A stretch of 64,000 nt of DNA from positions 152,207 through 216,206 of the forward strand of contig CAYREX010000003.1 in the NCBI GenBank assembly GCA_964423505.1, read 5' to 3'. The position numbers and the translations under genes are program-made. This stretch comes from an uncultured bacterium. GTDB lineage: Bacteria > Fermentibacterota > Fermentibacteria > Fermentibacterales > JCC-6. Of this stretch, positions 55,930 through 64,000 are shown piece by piece. Below the pieces are notes generated by a model, which saw only the letters and a list, made by a program, of their open reading frames with translations, searched no databases and had not been told where the DNA came from. Numbering within the stretch: position 1 is the first letter of the stretch; each line of letters opens with the position of its first letter.

Positions 55930-56627
55930 CCGCCGCCCCTCTTCTCCTGGCCCTGCTCCTCTCGCCGCCGGCCCCTCCCGCGGAGGTGGCCGCGGAGGCG
56001 GAGCAGCTCCTTTCGGAGGGAGCCTACGGGGAGGCGGCCGAGCTCCTCTCCGGCCTGGCCGACAGGATGCCGCACGACGGACGTGTCTCCTACAACCTCG
56101 CCGCCGCCCTCTTCGGAGCGGGGAGCTTCGCCGCTGCCGACTCCGTACTGGCCGGCGACCCGGAGGGTGTGCCGGAGGATACCATGTCAGTGGCGTCGAC
56201 CCTTGCCTCGCTCGCCGCATCCATGCAGGGGGAGGACTACGCCGGGGTGGAGGCCGCGGCGGAGACGCTGACCGGGGCCGTCTCCGGCGGTGAGGGCTCC
56301 CCGAGAGAGAGGACCGCGCTGGAGGCGGCCCTGAACTGGCTGGAGGCCCACGAGCCCCCCGAGTCCGAGGACCGGGAGGACGAGCAGGACCGGCAGGAGG
56401 AGGACGAGCAGGACCGGCAGGAGGAGGACGAGCAGGACCGGCAGGAGGAGCCGCCGGACGGGGAGGGGGACGGCGAGGAGGAGAGCGAGGTCGGCCCGCC
56501 CCCCGAGCTTGGGGAGATGACGCCGGAGCAGGCACGGGCGGTGCTCGACCTGGTGGAGGAGGCCGAGGCCGAGGAGGACAGCAACGAAGCCGGGGCGGCA
56601 GGCTACGGCGGAGGTCCCTTCTGGTGA
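55926..56627 (+). CDS. batC: TPR-like acidic protein (BatC position)
   Basis: Signal/TM segment, TPR-like helices and an acidic repeat tail (EDEQDRQE x3). Assignment is mainly positional. Confidence 0.55.
   Translation: MTAAPLLLALLLSPPAPPAEVAAEAEQLLSEGAYGEAAELLSGLADRMPHDGRVSYNLAAALFGAGSFAAADSVLAGDPEGVPEDTMSVASTLASLAASMQGEDYAGVEAAAETLTGAVSGGEGSPRERTALEAALNWLEAHEPPESEDREDEQDRQEEDEQDRQEEDEQDRQEEPPDGEGDGEEESEVGPPPELGEMTPEQARAVLDLVEEAEAEEDSNEAGAAGYGGGPFW
56376..56447 (+). repeat. perfect 24-nt tandem repeat x3 inside the batC-like gene
   Basis: gaggacgagcaggaccggcaggag repeated three times head-to-tail, encoding EDEQDRQE x3. Confidence 0.9.
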
Positions 56628-58186
56628 TGGCGATCGCCTGCGTGGCTCTGGCCCTCCTCTCCCAGGCATCCGGGATGCAGGTGGAGCTGGACGCGCCCGA
56701 CTCGGTGGAGGTCGGCGGGACATTCACCGTCGAGCTGACCATTACCGACGCCGCAGGCGGCGAGGTCTCCATGGAGCAGGAGCACGGTCCCGGGGTCACC
56801 CTTGTGGGCAGGAGCTCCATGAGCTCCTTCAGGAGCACCACGGGACCGGGCGGCACCACGATGGTCTCCACCATCACCTACCAACTCAGCTACAGCGCCC
56901 TCTCGCCCGGTGAGCAGACGGTCGGCCCGTTCCGGCTCCGGGCGGCCGCAGGCCGCACGCTGGAGGTACCGGAGCTCACGGTCCATGTCGCCGGCGAGCC
57001 GCTCCGGACCTCCGATGTCCCCGCCTCCATAGACGTCAGCGTCGACACTACGATGACCTTCTACCCGGGGGTCCCGATACCGGTCACCTACGAGCTGACC
57101 CGGGAGTCGGCCGGCATAGAGTTCTACGACCTGACCCTCGACTCTCCGGGCTACGCCGGCGTCAATCTCACTGAGACTCCGGAGACGCTCCAGTGGAAGA
57201 AGTGGGGAGACGGCCGACAGACCGCATTCCTGGCGGAGCTGGAGGTGGTCCCGGCCTTCCCCTGCAGCCTGGACCTGCCCAGGGTGGAGGGCGTGGTGCT
57301 GGGCGTCTCCGGCTTCCCCTACCCGAGGAGGCAGGTCCCCGTCTCCTCGCCTCCGCTGCGGGTGGCGGTACTGCCCTTCCCGGAGGAGGGGATGCCGGAG
57401 GGGTTCGACGGGGTTGTCGACAGCGTGAGCGCGGATCTGGAGCAGGTCCGGGGCTCCTGGTCCACCGACGGGGAGCGGGCTCTCTCGCTTTCGGTGACCG
57501 GTCCCGGCAGCAGGTACATCGCAGAGGCGCCGGAGCTGAGCGTCAGCGGCCCGGCCGAGCTGGTGCCGGCGGGTGAGGAGAGGGGGGAGGAGGGGGTCAC
57601 CTGGACCCTGGTGGCGGACCCCTCCGACAGCGGCACGGTGATAGTGGGGCCGGACACGCTCTACTGGCTGGAGAGGGGCTCCTCCGAGTACAGACCGGCC
57701 GTCGTGCCTCCCTGCACCCTCCGGGTCGAGCGGCCTCCCGCGACCGTACCGCTCCGAATCGGGGACGACGAGGAGGGCGGCTCCCTTGTCCTGCCGCTGG
57801 CGGCCGCGGCGATCGGCCTCCTGGGCGTAGCCGCTCTCATCCTCAGGAGCGGCGGAGGACGGTCCCGGGCACCGACACTGGACAGGGCCGCCGATCCTGA
57901 AGAGGTTCTGACCGCCTACGAGAGGCGCCTGTCGGGCCTTCTCCTGGGCAGGGAGGCCCACATAGGGGCGGACACCGTCGAGGAGGAGCTGCAGGCCAGG
58001 GGGGTGGACGCCATCCTCACGAGACGCATACTGCGATTCTGGAGGGACCTGGAGCTGGGCATAACCGGCGGGGCGACCGGACACGAGAGGACGGCCGCCC
58101 TGCGCAGGACGGCCACCGAGATCGTCTCCGAGCTGGAGAGCGCTCTCGGATGCGAAGGCGGAGAGAAGGGAGCCGGTAGGAGATGA
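56624..58186 (+). CDS. batD: BatD-like (oxygen-tolerance family) protein
   Basis: Signal peptide, beta-rich repeats and a late TM (LVLPLAAAAIGLLGVAALIL). The call is positional plus architectural. Confidence 0.5.
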   Translation: MMAIACVALALLSQASGMQVELDAPDSVEVGGTFTVELTITDAAGGEVSMEQEHGPGVTLVGRSSMSSFRSTTGPGGTTMVSTITYQLSYSALSPGEQTVGPFRLRAAAGRTLEVPELTVHVAGEPLRTSDVPASIDVSVDTTMTFYPGVPIPVTYELTRESAGIEFYDLTLDSPGYAGVNLTETPETLQWKKWGDGRQTAFLAELEVVPAFPCSLDLPRVEGVVLGVSGFPYPRRQVPVSSPPLRVAVLPFPEEGMPEGFDGVVDSVSADLEQVRGSWSTDGERALSLSVTGPGSRYIAEAPELSVSGPAELVPAGEERGEEGVTWTLVADPSDSGTVIVGPDTLYWLERGSSEYRPAVVPPCTLRVERPPATVPLRIGDDEEGGSLVLPLAAAAIGLLGVAALILRSGGGRSRAPTLDRAADPEEVLTAYERRLSGLLLGREAHIGADTVEEELQARGVDAILTRRILRFWRDLELGITGGATGHERTAALRRTATEIVSELESALGCEGGEKGAGRR

Positions 58187-59640
58187 TGTCCAGCTATCTT
58201 GCCGTTGGGGCTTACGCGCTCCTCATCGTGTTCGTGGGTCTGGCCGGAATGCGCAGGACCAGGTCCTACATGGACTTCCTCCACGGTGGCGGCAGGGTCG
58301 GCCCGTGGATGACGGCCTTCTCCTACGGCACCGCCTACTTCTCGGCGGTGCTGTTCATAGGCTTCGCCGGCAAGCTGGGCTGGGCTTTCGGCGTGAGCAC
58401 CCTCTGGATAGCCCTTGGCAACACCCTCCTGGGTACCCTCGGGGTCTGGCTGCTCCTGGGCAGGCGCATCAGGGCCACCAGGGACCTCGGCGTCAACACC
58501 ATGCCCGAGTACCTCGAGGTCCGTTACGACTCCTCCTTCATCAAGGGCTTCAGCGCCCTCTGCATCTTCGTGTTCATGGTACCCTACACCGCAGCGGTGT
58601 TCATGGGTCTGAGCTACCTGTTCGAGGCCACATTCGGCCTGCCGTACGTCTGGATACTTCTCTTCATGGGAATCTTCACCGCGATGTACATGGCCATGGG
58701 CGGCTACCGGTCCATGGCGATGATCGACGTCTTCTTCGGCGTGATAATGACCGCCGGTGTCCTCCTGCTCCTCTGGTCGACCCTGGGCAGGGGGGGAGGC
58801 GTGGGAGGCATACTCCAGGGCCTCCGCGAGATAGACCCGGCGCTGGCGGGCCCGGTGGGGCCGCCGGGGGTCGTGCCGCTCCTCTCCCTGGTCTTCCTGA
58901 CCAGCGCCGCCCCCTTCGCCATGCCGCAGCTGCTGCAGAAGTTCTACGCGGTCAGGGACGCCAGGACCGTCAGGGTGGGGACCGTGGCATCCACCTTCTT
59001 CGCACTCCTGGTCACCGGCACGGCCTACTTCGTCGGAGCGACCACGAGGCTCTTCCTCAACCCTCAGGAGCACCCGGACGCCTTCACAGCGCAGGGCGCC
59101 CCGGTATTCGACAACCTGATGCCCGAGCTGCTCACCGAGGTCATTCCCGGGGCCCTGACCGTAATCATCCTCCTGCTGGTCCTCTCCGCATCCATGTCCA
59201 CCCTGGCCTCCCTGGTCCTGGTCTCCAGCTCCACGCTGACCAAGGACTTCTACCACGGCTTCGTGAACAGGAACGCCGGCGACCGGAGGCTCACGGCCCT
59301 TGGCAGGGGCAGCAGCGTCTTCTTCGTTCTGCTCTCCATGGTCCTCGCATGGATGCAGCCGGCGGTGATAGTCACCATCCTCGCCATCTCCTGGGGCGCC
59401 TTGGCCTCGGTCTTCCTCGGCCCGTTCCTCTGGGGCCTGCTTTCACCGAGAGCACGCAGGGGCCCGGCCATAGCCTCCTCGCTGCTCGGCCTGGGGGTCT
59501 GCATCGCGCTCTTCTTCGCCTGGGGCCCCTCGAAGGTGCCGCAGGCGGCATCCCTTGGCATGCTGGTCTCGCTCGCGGTGCCGGCCCTCTCGCTCCTGGC
59601 AGGCTTCCCCGGCGGCGACCGCAGGGGAGGGGGTGCCTGA
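58183..59640 (+). CDS. sodium:solute symporter family transporter
   Basis: About 13 TM segments. Motifs: FLHGGGRVGPWMTAFSYGTAYFSAVLFIG and MGGYRSMAMIDVFFGVIM. Confidence 0.8.
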   Translation: MMSSYLAVGAYALLIVFVGLAGMRRTRSYMDFLHGGGRVGPWMTAFSYGTAYFSAVLFIGFAGKLGWAFGVSTLWIALGNTLLGTLGVWLLLGRRIRATRDLGVNTMPEYLEVRYDSSFIKGFSALCIFVFMVPYTAAVFMGLSYLFEATFGLPYVWILLFMGIFTAMYMAMGGYRSMAMIDVFFGVIMTAGVLLLLWSTLGRGGGVGGILQGLREIDPALAGPVGPPGVVPLLSLVFLTSAAPFAMPQLLQKFYAVRDARTVRVGTVASTFFALLVTGTAYFVGATTRLFLNPQEHPDAFTAQGAPVFDNLMPELLTEVIPGALTVIILLLVLSASMSTLASLVLVSSSTLTKDFYHGFVNRNAGDRRLTALGRGSSVFFVLLSMVLAWMQPAVIVTILAISWGALASVFLGPFLWGLLSPRARRGPAIASSLLGLGVCIALFFAWGPSKVPQAASLGMLVSLAVPALSLLAGFPGGDRRGGGA

Positions 59641-62600
59641 TGGGCGGCGGAAGGCGATGGGACGGCATGGGGGACCGGGGCGGCGAGCTGATGATGGAGA
59701 TGCTCGGGTCGGTCCTAGAGAGCGTAATCATAGTCGATAATGATAACAGGATAGTCTTCTGCAACCCGGCGCTCTACTCCCTCTTCGAGGTCGACCCGGA
59801 GGAGCGCGACCTGGTCGGGGCGAGCTTCCTGGACTTCGTCGACCCGGAGTTCTGGCCTGAGGTCCGAAGGCAGACGGACATCCGGCGCGACGGAGCGTCC
59901 TCGAGGTATGAAGTTAATATAATTACATCAGATGGTAATAAGAAGTCTGTGCTTCTCTCCGTCACACCGAGAGTGTCTCAGGGCGACGAGGTCGCAGGGG
60001 CCATCGCCACAGTCACGGACATCACCAGGGTCAAGGCCATCGAGGACGAGCTGGACAGGAGCAGGTCCCGCTTCAGGGACATTGCGCTCTGCAGCGCCGA
60101 CTGGATATGGGAGGTCGACCGCCTGGCCCGGTATACCTACTGCTCCGGCAGGGTCCGGGAGATCATAGGGTACGAGCCGCACGAGATGCTCGGAAGGCGC
60201 CCCTTCGACTTCTTCGCCCCGGGCGAGATGGCGCGGGTGCGGGGCGATCTCAGACGGATGCTCTCCAGCGGCGAGGAGATACACGACCTCGAGGTCTGGT
60301 GCGTCCACCGGGACGGCCACAGAGTGCTCCTGCAGACCTCCGGGGTGCCGGTCAGGGACGACTCCGGCATGCTTGCCGGCTACAGGGGCATAGAGAGGGA
60401 CGTCACCCAGAGGCACCGGATGGAGGAGCGCCTCAGGAAGGCGCTGGAGAGCAACAGGACGATACTGGAGTCGCTCCCGGTGGGCATCATGATAATGGGG
60501 AGCGACAAGCGCATACGCTACGTGAACGAGGTGGCCGCCAGGATGGCCGGCCTGGACAGGAGCGAGCTGACCGGCCGGCTCTGCCACGACTGCATCTGCC
60601 TCTCCGAGAGGGACAAGTGCCCCATACTGGACCTGGGCATGAGCGTCGACAACAGGGAGACCGAGCTCAGGTGCTGCGGAGGGCGGAACATGCCGGTCAT
60701 CAAGTCGGTCCTCCCGATTGAGCTCGACGGGGAGGAGGTCCTCCTGGAGGTCTTCCTGGACAACACGGAGCAGAACAGGGCCAGGGCCCGCGCCGAGAGC
60801 GCCACCAGGCTCGCCGAGAAGCGAAACGAGGAGCTGAAGAGCGCAATCGAGACGGCGGAGCGGCTGGCGGTCGAGGCCAGGCTGGCCAGCAGGGCCAAGA
60901 GCGATTTCCTCGCCAACATGAGCCACGAGATAAGGACGCCGATGAACGGCGTCATAGGCATGACGGAGCTGCTGCTGGGCATGCAGGACCTTACCCCGGA
61001 GCAGAGGGACTTCACCCTGACCATCAAGAAGAGCGCCGACGCCCTCCTGCACATAATCAACGACATACTGGACTTCTCCAAGATAGAGGCGGGCAAGCTG
61101 CAGCTCGAGAAGATGGACTTCGACCTGAGGACCATGCTGGGAGATCTCTGCGACCTGATAAGCGTCAACGCCTCGGAGAAGGGCCTGGAGCTCTTCCTGA
61201 ACATCAACGAGGACGTACCCTCGCGGGTGACGGGCGACCCGGGCAGGCTGCGGCAGATACTGATGAACCTGCTTGGAAACGCCGTCAAGTTCACCGAGAG
61301 GGGGGAGGTGCTGCTGGACGTCAGCGTCCTGGAGGAGGACGACAGGCACGTCGAGCTGCTCTTCCGGGTACGGGACACCGGCATAGGCATCGAGCCGGAG
61401 CGCATGGAGGCGCTCTTCCAGCCCTTCACCCAGGGGGACGCCTCCACCACCAGGAAGTACGGCGGTACAGGTCTCGGACTGGCCATATCCAAGCAGCTGG
61501 CCCAGCTCCTGGGCGGGCAGCTTGAGGCTGACAGCGATGTCGGCGAGGGCTCGGAGTTCAGGTTCACCAGCCGCCTCGGGAAGCGGAGCGCCGAACAGGC
61601 CGAGCCTGCCCCGAGGTGGGACGATCGTGAGCTCCTGGAGGGGGCGAACGTCCTGGTGGTGGACGACAAGGAGACCAACCGGCGGATAATGGCCGGGATG
61701 CTCGAGTCCTGGGGCTGCAGGCACACCGAGGTCTCCTCCGGCGCCGAGGCCATGGAGGTCCTCAAGGCGGCCAGGCACCGGGACGACGGCTTCGACATCG
61801 CCGTGCTGGACATGCAGATGCCCGGTATGGACGGCGAGATGCTGGGCAGGTCGATAAGCGAGGACCCGGAGCTGGCCGGGACCATCCTGCTCATCATGTA
61901 CACGTCGCTCGCCAGGCGCGGCGACGCCGCAAGGATGCGGGATGCCGGCTTCTCCGCATACCTGACCAAGCCGATAAGGATGTCTAGGCTTCACGACTGC
62001 CTGGTGAGCCTGATGGAGATGGAGAGCAGCGGCAGGAAGCCGGCCCAGCTCATAACCAGGCACAGCATCGCCGAGACCAGGAAGGAGCGCATCCGTATAC
62101 TCCTCGCGGAGGACAACGAGGTCAACCGCAAGGTGGCCATGAAGATACTGGAACGCCTGGGCTACTCGGCCGTACCGGTGGAGAACGGCAGCGAGGCCCT
62201 GGAGCTGCTCTCGAGTGAGCACTTCGACCTGGTGCTGATGGACGTCCAGATGCCGGTGATGGACGGCCTGGAGGCCACCGCGGCCGTCAGGGCCCCGGAC
62301 TCGCCGGTGCTCGACCGGCAAGTCCCCATAGTCGCCATGACCGCGCACGCCATGCAGGGCGACCGGGAGAGGTGCCTCGGGGCCGGGATGGACGGCTACA
62401 TATCGAAGCCGGTGAACATCGACGACCTGGAGCGGACCATATCCGAGGTGACGGGAGCCGGCTCGCAGTCCTGCGCCTGTGAGGCCCGCGAAGAGAAGGA
62501 CGAGGGTCCGGCCGTCCTGGACGAAAGCGTCCTCAGCCGCTCGGTGGGCGACGACGAGGAGATCGTCCGGGAGATACTGGACCTGTTCGTCGGGAACGCC

Positions 62601-62858
62601 CGGGAGCTCCTCGGCCGGATGGACCGGGAGCTCGAGGAGCTGGAGCTGGGCGGAGACCTGGAGCCGCTGAGGCGGACCGCGCACTCGCTGAAGGGCTCGG
62701 CCGGCAACATAGGCGCGAGAGCCCTCTACCTCGCGCTGGTCGAGCTGGAGGACGCCTGCGGGGAGGGGGCCGGCGGGCGGGAGGAGATAACGGCGGCGAT
62801 CGAGGCTGTCGGGCGGGAGCACGGCAGGCTGCTGGAGCGGCTGGGGCGGGATAGCTAG
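59640..62858 (+). CDS. hybrid sensor histidine kinase: PAS x3-4 - HisKA - HATPase - REC - REC - HPt
   Basis: FLANMSHEIRTPMNGVIGM, NLLGNAVKFT, DTGIGI, GTGLGLAIS, two REC domains (DMQMPGMDG, DVQMPVMDG) and HPt (HSLKGSAGNIGA). Its ATG shares 1 nt with the symporter TGA. Confidence 0.9.
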   Translation: MGGGRRWDGMGDRGGELMMEMLGSVLESVIIVDNDNRIVFCNPALYSLFEVDPEERDLVGASFLDFVDPEFWPEVRRQTDIRRDGASSRYEVNIITSDGNKKSVLLSVTPRVSQGDEVAGAIATVTDITRVKAIEDELDRSRSRFRDIALCSADWIWEVDRLARYTYCSGRVREIIGYEPHEMLGRRPFDFFAPGEMARVRGDLRRMLSSGEEIHDLEVWCVHRDGHRVLLQTSGVPVRDDSGMLAGYRGIERDVTQRHRMEERLRKALESNRTILESLPVGIMIMGSDKRIRYVNEVAARMAGLDRSELTGRLCHDCICLSERDKCPILDLGMSVDNRETELRCCGGRNMPVIKSVLPIELDGEEVLLEVFLDNTEQNRARARAESATRLAEKRNEELKSAIETAERLAVEARLASRAKSDFLANMSHEIRTPMNGVIGMTELLLGMQDLTPEQRDFTLTIKKSADALLHIINDILDFSKIEAGKLQLEKMDFDLRTMLGDLCDLISVNASEKGLELFLNINEDVPSRVTGDPGRLRQILMNLLGNAVKFTERGEVLLDVSVLEEDDRHVELLFRVRDTGIGIEPERMEALFQPFTQGDASTTRKYGGTGLGLAISKQLAQLLGGQLEADSDVGEGSEFRFTSRLGKRSAEQAEPAPRWDDRELLEGANVLVVDDKETNRRIMAGMLESWGCRHTEVSSGAEAMEVLKAARHRDDGFDIAVLDMQMPGMDGEMLGRSISEDPELAGTILLIMYTSLARRGDAARMRDAGFSAYLTKPIRMSRLHDCLVSLMEMESSGRKPAQLITRHSIAETRKERIRILLAEDNEVNRKVAMKILERLGYSAVPVENGSEALELLSSEHFDLVLMDVQMPVMDGLEATAAVRAPDSPVLDRQVPIVAMTAHAMQGDRERCLGAGMDGYISKPVNIDDLERTISEVTGAGSQSCACEAREEKDEGPAVLDESVLSRSVGDDEEIVREILDLFVGNARELLGRMDRELEELELGGDLEPLRRTAHSLKGSAGNIGARALYLALVELEDACGEGAGGREEITAAIEAVGREHGRLLERLGRDS

Positions 62859-62882
62859 ACTGTCCGATAAGAGATATTATGT

Positions 62883-63072
62883 AAAGTCAGGTATGCGGTT
62901 GCGAGGCAAGGGTATATCTGACTGTACATAATATGGATGTGGATTCGATACTGGCTCGGGTCAGATATTGGCCATGCAAAGTCAGGTATGCGGTTGCGAG
63001 GCAAGGGTATATCTGACTGTACATAATATGGATGTGGATTCGATACTGGCTCGGGTCAGATTTTGGCCATGC
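62883..63072. repeat. two head-to-tail copies of a 95-nt unit (one mismatch)
   Basis: The unit aaagtcaggtatgcggttgcgaggcaagggtatatctgactgtacataatatggatgtggattcgatactggctcgggtcagatattggccatgc lies at 62883-62977 and 62978-63072. Confidence 0.9.
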
Positions 63073-63100
63073 GCCGGTTCCGGCGGGTGGCCGTAAGTAG

Positions 63101-63155
63101 TGTGGATTTGATACTGGCTCGGGTCAGATTCTGGCCATGTGCCGGTTCCGGCGGG
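63101..63155. repeat. third copy of the 39-nt 3' module plus repeated GC hairpin
   Basis: tgtggatttgatactggctcgggtcagattctggccatg followed by gccggttccggcggg. The same 55-nt arrangement lies at 63033-63087. Confidence 0.85.
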
Positions 63156-63165
63156 CACCGCAGAT

Positions 63166-63897
63166 CTAGTAGCCCTGGACCTCCAGCCTCGCCATCTGGT
63201 ACCTGATGAAGGCCGTGGTGTCCGGGAAGACGGTTAGGGCACTGTCCAGCCAGGAGCTCGCCGATGAGTAGTCCTCGCCGGCGTAGGCTATCCTGGAGAG
63301 GCCCGACAGCGCCTCCCACCTCAGGAGCGGGCTGCTCTCCGAGCCCTCGAGGACCTCGCTGAAGAGCTCCTCGGCGTTGGCCATGTCCGCGGCCCCTCCC
63401 CTGTTCTCGAGGGCGATGGCGAGGTGGAGGCTGGCCGCGCGGGTGAGCTCCCTGCCCGGGTCGGCGGCGAGGAAGTCCTGCAGGGAAGGTATGACCTCGC
63501 TCTCCAGGCCGAGGATTATGCCTATCTTGGCAGCGAGCACGGCGGAGCGCTTGCCGGGCATCCTGCCGGGATGGGTCTGGTAGTTGGAGGATGCCACGTT
63601 CCTGGCCATGCTGAGCTGCCCCATGGCTGTCTCTACCTGGCCCGACTGAAGGCTCGACAGTCCGATGTTGTAGAGCTGTCCCGCAAGGTAGAACCTCGCG
63701 TTGGCCTCCGCAGCCTGGCGTCCGGCGTTGGAGATCACCGACTGCGCGACGAGGATGCCGAGCAGGACCACGGCGAAACCTATGAGTATCGCCCTCAGGT
63801 TCCTCTGCACGAAGTCCATGCCCTTCATCAGGGCGTCGTTTACCGGGTCCTTCTTGAGCTCGGTCTTGGAGAGACGCTTCCTGGTCCTGTGAGCCAT
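63166..63897 (-). CDS. membrane-anchored TPR-like protein (YfgM-like architecture)
   Basis: Basic N-terminus, one TM (ILIGFAVVLLGILVAQSVI), then a helical-repeat domain. A candidate -10 (TATATT on the minus strand) lies at 63965-63970. Confidence 0.55.
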   Translation of the reverse strand: MAHRTRKRLSKTELKKDPVNDALMKGMDFVQRNLRAILIGFAVVLLGILVAQSVISNAGRQAAEANARFYLAGQLYNIGLSSLQSGQVETAMGQLSMARNVASSNYQTHPGRMPGKRSAVLAAKIGIILGLESEVIPSLQDFLAADPGRELTRAASLHLAIALENRGGAADMANAEELFSEVLEGSESSPLLRWEALSGLSRIAYAGEDYSSASSWLDSALTVFPDTTAFIRYQMARLEVQGY

Positions 63898-64000
63898 ATC
63901 CTATGCACCGCCTCGCATTGTTCCGTTGGGTCGCGGGCCAGCGAGCCCGCCTGTCGTCTTCGCGAATATATCACGGGAGACCCTCTCGAGGTGGGCCCTC

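Noticed and set aside
54844-56877. 677-aa minus-strand ORF with striking PPRP/ARPP repeats
   Set aside because: The proline/arginine periodicity is simply the reverse complement of the acidic GAG/GAC-rich batB/batC coding sequence, including the 24-nt triple repeat. The plus-strand genes have vWA/MIDAS motifs.
59905-59955. The AT-rich patch as a mobile-element insertion or intein/intron
   Set aside because: It is only ~50 nt, it is in frame, and it encodes a plausible PAS beta-strand continuous with its flanks. There are no target-site duplications or terminal repeats. It is kept as a low-interest compositional anomaly.
59928-62822. 964-aa minus-strand ORF
   Set aside because: Antisense to the hybrid histidine kinase, whose H, N, G, REC and HPt boxes are unmistakable on the plus strand.
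62883-63155. CRISPR array
   Set aside because: The repeats are 95 nt long and directly abutting, with no unique spacers. There are only 2-3 copies and no cas genes in the window.

Overview
Strongly GC-rich bacterial chromosomal window, tightly packed with genes. I recognise about 55 protein genes, two tRNAs (Leu-CAG, Pro-TGG) and one cobalamin riboswitch. I found no rRNA, CRISPR array, transposase, integrase or phage genes. A T9SS-type C-terminal sorting domain, a complete Bat/MoxR aerotolerance cluster and a TonB receptor with an N-terminal carboxypeptidase-regulatory-like domain suggest an uncultivated member of the FCB-type superphylum; this is inference only. Because of the GC bias, nearly every real gene has a long stop-free shadow ORF on the opposite strand or in another frame. 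I chose genes by recognisable protein motifs and start-site context, and many ORF-track starts were trimmed. Housekeeping genes: rmlC, smpB, an Amidase_3 cell-wall amidase, murI, rph, rdgB, sat, rpmA, hutI and a PMM/PGM. The points most worth a second look: (1) a nested tandem-repeat and hairpin array in an AT-rich convergent spacer (62859-63165); (2) a 0.8-kb gene-free gap with an AT-rich island in front of two tandem ADP-ribosylglycohydrolase paralogs; (3) a 1425-aa double BcrAD/BadFG-type activase fused to dehydratase-like domains; (4) a PHP-GT4 fusion translationally coupled to a K+-channel homolog whose filter reads TVGYDD; (5) a TPR protein carrying a near-perfect double MshEN c-di-GMP-binding motif; (6) a histidine-kinase-like protein with no phospho-acceptor His; (7) a P-loop-degenerate APS-kinase-like gene coupled to sat, within a sulfate/AP-superfamily/FGE-like neighbourhood; (8) a solute symporter coupled by a 1-nt overlap to a hybrid kinase (a split CbrA-like arrangement); (9) a riboswitch-btuB-propeller lipoprotein module; (10) an 18-kb co-directional chain of overlapping genes (44541-62858). 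I cannot point to a single clearly novel system with confidence. The items above are ranked candidates, and all functional calls come from reading motifs by eye, not from database searches.
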